From Octopus sinensis (lineage: Eukaryota), in assembly GCF_006345805.1 (NCBI RefSeq), contig NC_043015.1, positions 26,102,001 through 26,166,000 on the forward strand: a stretch of DNA of 64,000 nucleotides, in the 5' to 3' direction. The position numbers and the translations under genes are program-made. Shown piece after piece: positions 14,481 through 25,701 of this stretch (positions are counted from its first letter, which is position 1; each line of letters starts with the position of its first letter). Under the pieces are notes generated by a model, which saw nothing but the letters and a program-made list of their open reading frames with translations, did not search any database and had not been told where the DNA came from.

Positions 14481-14708
14481 GAAAGTAGAAATTTATTTAC
14501 TCCACGCTGAAATTCTCTTCAACTTTGCAGCATACCGAACGCCAGAGGATCTCGTCGATTGTTCATAACTGGATTTAATGTGGGGTACATCAGTTTGAAA
14601 TGCCCCTATCTTAATGGATCCTCTATAATACACACACGTACGCACGTACTCATATAGATGCTTACCGCTCTCTTTTCCCTCGAAATTTTACAGTACCGGC
14701 CTAATTGT

Positions 14709-14954
14709 TTTTATTTCTTTATCGCCCACAGGGGGCTAAACATAAAGGAGACAAACAAGGACAGACAAAGGGATTAAGTCGATTACATTGACCCCAGTGC
14801 GTTATTGGTACTTAATTTATCGACGCCGAAAGGATGAAAGGCAAAGTAGACCTCGGCAGAATTTGAACTCAGAACGTAACGGCAGACGAAATACCGCTAA
14901 GACGAAATTTCGCCCGGCATGCTAACGTTTCAGCCAGCTCACCAGCTTGCCGCC
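14709..14954 (-). mobile_element. tRNA-derived SINE, near full length
   Basis: Minus-strand head GGCGGC.AGCTGG..GAAACGTTAGCA, B-box GAGTTCAAATTC, core CTTTGCCTTTCATCCTTTCGG; same family at 30985-31203, 51083-51291, 61203-61355. Confidence 0.9.
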
Positions 14955-15570
14955 AACCTAATTATTAGCATTATGAAAGCTTTCTATTTGTGCCATGTCT
15001 ATCTCTTCTCTTCTGGCTACGACTAGGAAGTCAGAAACAATGGACCACGAAAATGGAACCGCGAAACCTCGAAGGTTTTTAATGAAATCATGGAAAATAT
15101 AAAAGCTCTAAGTGTAAGAATGAAATAATTAGTATAGTTATGCTTCTGATAGATCGAAAAAAAATATGCATTGAGTCTAAAGTATGAGAAAGTTCCTCGG
15201 ATAGAATATCTTCTATAAATGCAATTTTGAATTCATTGATCTTTTCTTACTACTCTGTGTTAAGTACATAGTTACTATTTAGATTATTTTATTAAACTTA
15301 TATAATTGTTTTAACAATTAGTCTTAATTTTATTTATGCCTCATGTAATTAATAAAAGAAAAGTGTAACTATAATAAGAGTGTTTGTGGTCATAGATAAT
15401 CTAGTTCCTTAAGGCGACCACCGGTTCTGGTTTGCTTTCCTATTAATTACGGAAGTCTTATTTCATGGTTCCTGAATTATCGTTTCAAAAGTGTAATTCT
15501 AAAGTTCTAGCGCTATAACTAGCATGATTTCATATCTCTACTAATTAGATACAAATTATTGTTGTTGTTG

Positions 15571-15609
<39 letters not shown>

Positions 15610-15828
15610 TATTATTATTATATTATTATTATTATTATTATTATTATCATTATTATTATTATTATAACTAATTATCTATGCTCGTTTGTTTGATTTTGCC
15701 CGAATCAATCATATTCTATTTCTCTTTAATAGTTGTTTTTTTTGTGACAGTGTCACCACAGGTACCTCTGCGATCTATTCATTCATTTTATTTTTTATTT
15801 CTTTTCTTTTCCTTTATACTCTCTCTCT

Positions 15829-15871
<43 letters not shown>

Positions 15872-15904
15872 CTAATTTTCTACAATTTCCCTAGAAATCG
15901 CGAC

Positions 15905-16647
15905 TTTATCTTTATACTAATTAGCAATATCTCTCCTAATTAACACTTGCGTACTATTTTCGGTAATCTTGTTCCATTATACCGGTTACATTCACAAATA
16001 TTGTATTTATTTAAACAATTTATTTAAAAGAGAACGGTGTAGTCAATAATTAAGGGCATCCCTTAAATTAATCTAACAAAGGGAGCTAATAAAATCGAAT
16101 AGATGGTCTCTTTGTAAATACCTTCCGCCGTAAGCTTCAAAGGATTAAATAAAGCATCTAATATACGTTTACTCTGCTGGCTGTTTCTAGGATCATTGAA
16201 ATTTGAAAGAGGAACTGCCATTTGTCTTCCTTGATATTTCTTAACTTTTTTTATGCTAATCAGTAATATTTAGTGAACAATTCCTTATACGCGTGGCTTC
16301 TCCCTTTTCTGATGTCGACATTCCCTTACAACCTAATTGAACTATCTACGATTGTTCAACCTTCGATTAGCCTCTTACATTTCAATTTTATTTCTTCTTT
16401 TTCTGATTGTTGGTTTTCTTCATCAGATTAGCACATGCTGTTGGGCTACGCTGTCTAATGGTGCGTCGGTATATGGTCTTATGCAACACGATGCATCCTG
16501 AAGAGTTGGGCGATTCTCTATTGTGTTTTGCAGCATCATAATAGATGTTGCACATCACACATACCACCCTGCACGATGTAACAATGCAATAAAGCCTCTT
16601 AATGAAACGATTGTAGGGAAACTGTAGAAACCATTCGGTTGTTTTTA
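15905..16647 (+). repeat. Right arm of the ~720-bp inverted duplication
   Basis: See 13758-14480; shared blocks include TTATTTAAACAATTTATTTAAAAG, GTGAACAATTCCTTATACG, CTTATGCAACACGA, ACAATGCAATAAA. Confidence 0.9.
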
Positions 16648-17407
16648 TTGTTATATATATATATCTGTCCATGTGTGTGTATTTATGTATGCATATATGC
16701 ATATATCCATCCATACATAAACATACACCATATACGTACGCATATACAGGCTTATGTATGTTTATATTTGTGTGTTTGGACAGAGAAAGACTAAGGTTGA
16801 CACAGAGAGAAACGGAGAGAAAGAAAGAGAGAAAAGGAGAAGGAGAGAGAAGGGAGGGAGGGAGAGACTGCATAAAAAAGAGAGAAGGATAGCAGACAGA
16901 CAGAAAAATATCTAGATAGATGAATAGACTGATATAATTCTACGCTGTGACAGACTCGAATACTGCTGTACCAGTAGACGTACACTTCAGCTAATTACGA
17001 CAGTCTGTAGTCCAACGATTTAGCAACAGTCACGAAAATTTAAATCTCTCATCTGTTTTGTTGTTCCAAGCATTAACATCCAATTATGTACATTGACCAA
17101 ACAGACAGGCTATTGTATAAAACTGTATACTTAGCAAAACAGTTATAAAGCGCGAGTGTGCACAAAATTATCGAAACTGTAGTAAAATTAACTGACATTC
17201 ATAGTGGCTATTGTTGACCCAACTACCCTCAACATAATCATTGAAGCAAAAAAAAAAGAGAAAAAAAAACACCAAGCAGAAGGAGAAAAGTGGTAAAAAA
17301 AAACAAGGAAACTTCCAAAACGGTGGCGTGTTTGAGGCAGAGCAAAATGACCAGCTTTTAAATGGCAACTGTTATGAATAACATAAAGTATATACATTCG
17401 GGTTTAT

Positions 17408-17492
<85 letters not shown>
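17408..17492. repeat. (TATC)n microsatellite
   Basis: Visible run. Confidence 0.97.
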
Positions 17493-18989
17493 ACTATATA
17501 TATATAAAGTGAGAGAGACAGAGATAAATAGATAGAAAGAAAGATAGACATAGATATAAATATACACATATATATGCATATATATATAAATATATATTAT
17601 ATAGAGGGCATTATTACACATAAATGCCTCACACTAAGAGAGGGAGAGAGAGAGGAGGGGGACAGGTAGAGAAAGAACTGATCTTACATTTCCATTGAGT
17701 CAATCTTTACATGAGGAAATAAAGTCAGCGAATGTTAAATTTGATGGTATAGAGTATATGTGAACTTTGATTTCATATAAATATGCATATTTGGAAAGAA
17801 ACTGAGAAACCTAATTGCAGGGGCCATGTTGGCAGTGTTATATCGCCTTATCGCTATACTACAGTAATAGTCAAGGACCAAAACACTTTATTCATTTACA
17901 ACATTAGTCTCTCTAGTTGTTGTTGAGATTGTGTGTATATTAATAATCTATGTTGAAGCATACATATATACATAACACACATAGACTCACACATACACAG
18001 AGATACATACACACGCGCACACTCACAAAGACACACACACACGTATATGTACATATATATAATCCCGTGATTAAAAAACAAGAAATTAATCAATAAATCT
18101 CATTTATAGTGTTAATGGAGGGAAAATGAGGTCAATACTTAAAACGGATGAAAGAGAATAGAGGTGACAACTTGGATATTTTAAATAAGTGAAATAGGAA
18201 TTCTGCATAAGGAAAGAAGAATAGAACGTTTGTTTTCACAGTTGCAAATATTAATCGAAAGCTTCTAGATAGGTATGTTTTAGTCATATGAAACATCCTG
18301 AGTGAAATGATAGGATCACTCATTGAAGAAAATACCTCACTGACTGCAAATCTCAAAATATTAAAAGAAATACTAAATAAATATTTCTAAAATGTTTTCG
18401 TTTCCCGACCATGATATATGCAAGTAAATAAATTACATGAGCTGTCAAGTCTGTAGATCTGCACAGGGAAAAGGCAACAATTGATTACATTGCTATGAAA
18501 GAGATAAATGTAACATCAACCACTCATGAGGTGAACTTGAAATCAACAAAGGCTGTAATGGTTTCCTATCACGTTTAATTCATACAAGAAATTTCAGGTA
18601 GGATCACAGCAGATATGTTTCTAGTGATTTTATGCATGCGCCATGCTTCCGAGATTTTAAAACATTCGAGATGTGGATATGGGAGAAATTTCTGAAAAAC
18701 CAAATAAACAGATATTACGGAAAATGCCTTAAATAAGTGCGACGCTTTTTACGTCCATCGTTCACAAAAATCAGTCATGAAGAGATGGCAATGGAAATGG
18801 AAGGCCATAAACAATAACATTAATGGCGATGCCCCAGCATGGCCACTGTAACGGACTGAAATAAATAAAAGCAAGTGAAAGTAGCTACCTATATATATAT
18901 AAAATATGTGTGTGTGCGTATATACATTTATATACACACACGTACATACATACGCACATACATATATAAATATTTATATATATATATAT

Positions 18990-19818
18990 TGGTAAAAACG
19001 GTAAGATAACAAAAGAAAGAGACCTCAATATTATGTAAATAGAGGAAATTTATCTGTAAAATATTATGTGACAATTATTCAAAAGCCAAGATTAAACTTT
19101 GAGTTTCGGATGCCGAGGTGGAAATCCACAACACCATCTCTTCGGTTATCTGGCCATCTGAAAAACGCTATGAAAAAAGACCGTTATACAAAGGGAAATT
19201 ACTGTTATAAGTCCGCTACTTATATAAACGCTAATTCAATGACCCTAATTAAAATAAGGTTAAAAGTTCATAGTAAACACGTAAGCAAGCCTGCTCATAC
19301 GCACACGTATACATCACTATGAAAACGTACACACCTTCACTCGCATTTTCCTTATGCTTTTTTTCTGTATTATTACACTTAACCATGTCTTTTCTTGTGC
19401 TTGTGCGTATGTAGACTTATGTAATAACTTTTACGGTACCCGCGTGTGTGTATGGGTTTGTGTATATATATGCAAATACATTTGACGGAAAATGCGAGTG
19501 AAGATGTGTACGTTTTCATAGTGATGTATACGTACGCATGTGTGTGCGCGGGCGCACATGTATGCGTATGAGCAGACTTGCTTATGTGTTTACTATGAAC
19601 TTTTAACCTTATTTTAATTAGCGGTCATTGAATTAGCGTTTATATAAGTAGCGGACTTATAACACAGTAATTTCCCTTTGTATAACGATCTTTTTTCATA
19701 GCGTTTTTCAGATGGCCAGATAACCGAAGAGATGGTGTTGTGGATTTCCACCTCGGCATCCAAAACTCAGAGTTTTATCTTGGCTTTTGAATAATTGTCA
19801 CATATTATTTTACAGATA
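18990..19818. mobile_element. Foldback insertion of a PLE-pLTR-like repeat (arms 19051-19350 and 19487-19818) in (TA)n
   Basis: Arms ~95% identical apart from a 26-bp indel; left arm has a 60-bp extension also present in the diverged copy at 58250-58645; hammerhead-like core in each arm. Confidence 0.8.
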
Positions 19819-19858
19819 TATATATACATACTTATATATATATATATATATACATACT

Positions 19859-19905
<47 letters not shown>

Positions 19906-19922
19906 GTATATATATATTTATG

Positions 19923-19957
<35 letters not shown>

Positions 19958-20480
19958 GCATACACACAAGCACACAGTCATTAATTAGAAGATATATACA
20001 ATTATAGTAATATCTAGTTATAGGCGGCAACAATTTTATTGTCGTGATCAATAAAACAATAGTATTTCCAAATAAAATTTAACTCTACGATTTATGTATG
20101 CATTAAAGTGTCGAGTTTTATTTATCTTTTAAGTGGCTGCGTAAAAAATGAATGTCAAGAGACTGTTGGAGAATGTAATTGATTGAGATTTAAATCTGAT
20201 ATCAGATCAGCTCCTTTACATTAATCGGAAATATTATTAAAGATATTAGATATATTAATCATTTTAAATTTATAATTATAAAATTTTTAAAAATTATTGT
20301 TCTAGGACTTTTTGTATTCCTTTACAACGCAGAAGACATATATGTATACATGCACACATACATACATTAAATATATATATATTTATATATGTGTGTGTAT
20401 GTATATATATATATGTGTATATATATACAGGCTATATTAAATCTCTGAGCGAGATATAAACAGTAACAGTACGGAATCCT

Positions 20481-20914
20481 AACATAAAAATGACATCTAA
20501 ATGTGGCGTCCTGTAAAGGACAGTCCTACTGACGTTTATAGCCCCAGGAAGATAGCCCTTCCAACTGGCTAACGACACACATTCTGTGTTCGATTAGTAT
20601 TTGCAAGGGGAAGTGATGGCTCCCATCTCCAGACGTACGTGATACACACGGACTGGAGTTTCTGGGTGGTTACCCGTCCACAGCGTGTGTTAATCACCAG
20701 TTAGTGATGATAACTCACTTCACTCGCAAAATACTATGTGCTTTTTCCAGCGACATACTGTCGCTGATCTCGAAAAAGGAGAAATAAGCTATATTAATAC
20801 TAATCAGACACAGAATGTCGTTAGCCAGCCGGAAGAAATGTCTTCCTGGGGTCATAAACGTCAGTAGTACTGTTCTGTATAGTACACCACACTTGTTTGG
20901 CAATCATATATGTT
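20481..20914. mobile_element. MITE-like element with ~120-bp diverged terminal inverted repeats
   Basis: 20481-20602 vs reverse complement of 20796-20914 share CTACTGACGTTTAT..CCCCAGGAAGA, CTGGCTAACGACA, ATTCTGTGT, GATTAGTATT; no ORF; TSD not resolved. Confidence 0.7.
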
Positions 20915-21342
20915 TACAAGTCTTTCTGAACACCAAATGATACAATTTTACTAAGTATAAAAAAGATTTGCTTAAGAAATTATTGCTTTAAAAAAAGTTG
21001 TAAATTGTTTATTAAAACGCCACTAATCTTTTTGCAAGAAGCTTTTTTAAGTGCGTTTGAGCGCTTTCAACGATTATCATTATATATACATATATATATA
21101 CATTATATATACATATATATATACATTATATATATATATATACATATATACATATATATATACATATATATAATTCCCCCTACATGGCCTTGCTATCTGC
21201 TTTTGAGCCAAATTAACTAACTAACATATATATATATACTTCTATATATATATGTATATTCATAAATACATATATATATACATGCATATATATGTGTTTG
21301 TGTTCAAGTGTGTGTGTGCATGTGTGTGTGTGTGTGTGTGTG

Positions 21343-21410
<68 letters not shown>

Positions 21411-21411
<1 letters not shown>

Positions 21412-22410
21412 GGTACCGTATTGGTAAACAGGCTACCATTGTTTTCATGTAAAGAAATATTTCAAGAAGTTTTCAAACTCTTCACACGGAAGAATGGTGT
21501 TCATCTCGATAATGGATGAAAACACAAGGTCTCATGAATTCGCAGTAAGTTTCATAAATATAACAATTAATCAAGGGACGCTACTCTAGGATGACACATT
21601 TTGGTTGGTTAAATCACCTGTATTATATTTTACGAAAACAATTATGTTGAATGTTAAATGTTTTGCACATTATATAATGCTCTGGGTACATGTGCATGTT
21701 CATATGTTTGTGTGCTGAGATAATTCGTCATGGGGCGTGTTTCTTCCATTTGTGGAGTACGTGTCTAATAAGTATTGAATTTTAACGTTTAGGTTAAGTA
21801 ACTTTCTTTGTGGGGTTAGTGGTGCGGGTGGTGCTTCCTCTTTGAAATGTGTAAGTGAAACATTGCTTGAGTATGCAGGGAGATAATTTTTATCCCTAAT
21901 GGTCAGGATGATTTCTGTTGACTGTATGATATTTAATGTTTCAGTGTTACTGAGTTCACATTTGGTATCCCGTCCAACTGTATTTCCTGGCTTTAGCAAT
22001 GATGTTTCAAATTATCTAAGGGTTTGCTATTCCTCCTTTGTTTAATGTCCATATTATATTGGACAGTGATGTGTCATGTCTTTTATTTTTGTCCATGAAT
22101 GAAGCCAGGTGCCGTGTGTATCTTTCCTTGAAAGAATTACCCGCCATTCCGATACACGTCTTTGTTACTCTGTTGAGATCCATTTATGGCCTTCAATATA
22201 ATTTCTTATTCAAGAAATTTGTCATTTAGAGGGCAGTTAATTGGAGATCTACTGTTACATTGTATTTCTTTTGAGTTATTTTTGATGCGGTTGAGCATTT
22301 TTGACCCGTAGCTAAATATAACAGTTTTCGTTGAAACTCTTGTGGTATTTGAGTAAATGTGGGTAGCGATTGTCAATAAATTTTTAAAATTTTCTACCAA
22401 TGTTATTTGT
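21411..22410 (-). mobile_element. PLE 3' fragment with frameshifted GIY-YIG endonuclease and 3' non-coding end
   Basis: Manual translation across frames: CNSRSPINCPLN..IILKA..KTCIGMAGNSFKERYTRHLASF..HDTSLSNIIWTL..NIIAKARKYS..TKCELSNTETLNII, matching the C-terminal GIY-YIG pattern of PLEs; bounded by (CA)n and (TATG)n. Confidence 0.8.
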
Positions 22411-22585
22411 CACATTTATGCTTTAAGATTACCTGTCCTCAGTGTGTGATGAAAAATCATTTTATGTATGTATGTATGTACGTACGTATGCATGTATGTA
22501 TGTATGTATGTATGTATGTATGTATGTATGTATGTATGTATGTATGTATGTATGTATGTATGTGTGTGTATATATGTATGTATGT

Positions 22586-22866
22586 GAAGGTGCGTGTTCT
22601 AGTGGTTAGGGCATTCGTCTAACGATCATAAGGTAGTGAGTTCAATTCTCGGCGACGCTTTGTGTCCTTGAGCAAGACACTTCCTTTAAAGTTGCTCTAG
22701 TCCACTCAGCTGACAAATATGAGTAGTGCCTGTATTTCAAAGGGCCGGCCTTGTCACACTCTGTGTCACTCTGAATCTCCCTGAGAACTTCGTTAAGAGT
22801 GCACGTGTCTGTGGAGTGCTCAACCACCTGCACGTTAATTTCACGAGCAAGCTGTTCCGTTGATCG
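22586..22866 (+). mobile_element. tRNA-derived SINE with CORE-like middle
   Basis: A-box-like TAGTGGTTAGG, B-box GAGTTCAATTCTC, GTGTCCTTGAGCAAGACACT; 3' half repeated at 7802-7976. Confidence 0.85.
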
Positions 22867-23539
22867 TCTGAGATGGGATCATATGTCTGTCTGTCTGAAT
22901 GAATGTATGTATGTAATGTATGCGTGTACCACAGCGGTTGTGAGTGTGCACCTATTACATTCAGTTTGAAGTGATTCTCCCTACTATTCAATCTAACACA
23001 CAGAGCTTCTCAATGTATTTTCGCACGCAGAACTAACTACAATCCTTCACCGCCTTCTCTTTTATCTCTTTCTCTTAATATCACTTTCTGCGATTCTTCC
23101 CTCTATCCTCCCTCTCTCCCCTCTCCCAATCTCCCCCTCTCTTCCTCTGCTAGTCAGTCTGTATTCATGCATTTCTCATTCTACACCCTCTCTCGCTCTT
23201 TCCTCAAACAAACGCACACAATCCAATTTCCATCAGCTCCATTCGTGTTCGTTCTTGCCTTTACTAGTTTGACGAAGTAATGTTTCCAAATATTTACTCA
23301 CTAAGGTTTCATTCATATTTCAGCAAAGCGAGCGAACAGAAATGTCCTTCCCACATGTCTTTAGTTATTACATTTTTGGTGACTACAGAAAATCCGTAAT
23401 ATATATATATTATATATATATATATTATATATATATATATATATATAATATATATACATATATATATATATATTATATATATGTGTGTGTGTGTGTGTGT
23501 GTATGTAAATATATGTGCATTTGTATATATGTATATATA

Positions 23540-23602
<63 letters not shown>

Positions 23603-23624
23603 GTACGTGTGTGTGTGTTTGTGT

Positions 23625-24022
23625 GTGGATACCAATTCCTGGATTATTACACCTACGGATTACTGTTACCATTCTTCCGGAGTACGCTCTGAAATCGTGA
23701 TTGGAAATCAAAAAAATTTGTCCGTGACTCTTCCACCTTTTTCCTCGTCCTCTTTTACCTTTCTTCTTCTACTTCCACTTTTCCACTTGTGTCGCCACCA
23801 CTTACACCTTTCAAAATGTGACCGCGTGTGTACCGTTGGCGATTATTTTTCCTCTGTCTTCCCTTCTCTGGATCTTTCCTTCTCCTATGTTTCCTGATGA
23901 AGAGCTCCGCTCGAAACGTTAGACCCTCCTTCTTTCCTTCTTTCCTGAGCGTCCAATAATACTATATTTGTTCCACGTCCTCGCGTTGTTATGTTTTTGT
24001 GTGCTTTCTGTTTGGATTAATT

Positions 24023-24025
<3 letters not shown>
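23625..24025 (+). mobile_element. Solo PLE 3' end / pseudo-LTR with hammerhead-like motif, between (TA)n tracts
   Basis: Starts with [11 protein letters not shown] (resembles the L.T..P.GLN end of PLE GIY-YIG ORFs); CUGAUGA 23894-23900, GAGC/GCUC stem, GAAACGUU. Confidence 0.6.
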
Positions 24026-24068
<43 letters not shown>

Positions 24069-24072
24069 TATA

Positions 24073-24136
<64 letters not shown>

Positions 24137-24168
24137 TATATGTATGTATGTATATATATATGTATTAT

Positions 24169-24700
24169 GTCAGGTCAATTTCGAGTGCTACTGGTAACAT
24201 GTAACCCAGTACAAACTGTAGCATGTTCGGGTCGTCAACGACTAAACTAGCAACCCCACCGAGCTTGCTTGGTGAGGAGGGTGTTTATTGGACACCCTGC
24301 GGGATGAAAAACAATACTTTTGAGAGTCAACGGCCATCCAATAAATGTCTTAAGGCTGTATCATGCGCGGAGACATAGAAATAATCGGACTGAATACCCG
24401 ATCGCGCGGTTAAACCATTGGGTGTGAAGGACTCCAAGCCTTTGTTAGGGCATCCTTCTTGGAGAAGATAACTCAGGTAACCGGGATAACTCCGACATAA
24501 AACCTGCAGCTCAGTGGGTACCGGTGATGTTGACTTGTTCTTCTTTTCGGATTATGGCTGCTGTTGCTTAGTGAGTGAGATTGACTCAGTGCACAGCCTT
24601 TCTTCACTTTAAAAAAAATCTTCTTGCACAGGCATTGCACGATAACTACATTGATGAAGCTTCGTGCAATGGCTATACTCGATAACGAGGGGGAAGCCAC
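24169..24700 (+). mobile_element. Probable 5' UTR and ORF start of an RTE-type LINE, 3'-truncated
   Basis: GC-richer multi-hairpin leader (TACTGG/CCAGTA, GTCG/CGAC, CACCGAG/CTTGGTG, AGGGTGT/ACACCCT) and GGGCA.CC...GGAGAAG.TAACTC...AAAACCTGC motif recalled from RTE leaders; ends at MAILDNEG against (TA)n. Confidence 0.5.
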
Positions 24701-25022
24701 CATATATATGTATATATATGTAAATATATATATATATATACATATATATATAATGTTATATTATATTATATTATATTATATTATATATATATATATATAC
24801 ACGAATGGGTGGGGAGGCGACAGAAAAAAGGCACTCAATACATTCAATAAGAGTTACATATATTACTCTTTAAAACCGTCTGATTCGGTTCTATGCGAAA
24901 TAAACTTTCGCGCGTTTCTACATAACACCTGCAGTTATTGTGACCCTGGACGAACCAGGTTACTGTAAGAAGCTAGCGATACCTCAATTTCTATGGAGCC
25001 GAAGCAACCTGTTTAGATGCTG

Positions 25023-25053
<31 letters not shown>

Positions 25054-25493
25054 CACTACTATCACTGCTACTACTATACTACTACTACTTTAGATAGCAA
25101 CAGCAATAATAATAATTATAATAATAATAATAATAATAATAATCCTAGGATGGTATATATGAACATTTAATGCATCGCTACCCGTGTTTCTAGAAATTAC
25201 TTTAATTCTGAGACGATTACAGTGCATTCTGTAGTGTCGGTGGACACTGGTTGATGATCATCATTGACTCATTTATTCAGGTGATATAACATTAATGGAT
25301 GTTCAACAGAGGGATGTTTTTCTCTTTTCACCATCCTAGGATTATTGTTCTTATTATTACGTTTATCCTATATTATATCGGTATATCTTCATGCAACTCC
25401 GAAAGACTTGTTCAATAATCAACATCAACGGCAATAATCAACGGCGGAATGCAATACGAGAATCATTTGCATATCCAAAACGTTACAATAAAC

Positions 25494-25560
<67 letters not shown>

Positions 25561-25657
25561 ATTGTGTATATATATATAATATATCGTGAAGTATATTTGC
25601 CACTGAAATGTGGCTAACCCTTAAGGGTTATACCTCGCTCAGAGATTTATTATTGCT

Positions 25658-25700
<43 letters not shown>

Positions 25701-25701
<1 letters not shown>

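Noticed and set aside
14880-14954. tRNA genes at SINE heads (also 22586, 31140, 37270)
   Set aside because: Only A/B-box remnants fused to SINE bodies; no cloverleaf
21451-21490. Hammerhead-like motif in the 3' end of the GIY-YIG PLE
   Set aside because: Core reads GUGAAGA, stem II is irregular and there is no stem I pairing
21455-21545. Candidate + strand exon ending at a GTAAGT donor
   Set aside because: Lies antisense within the PLE 3' region
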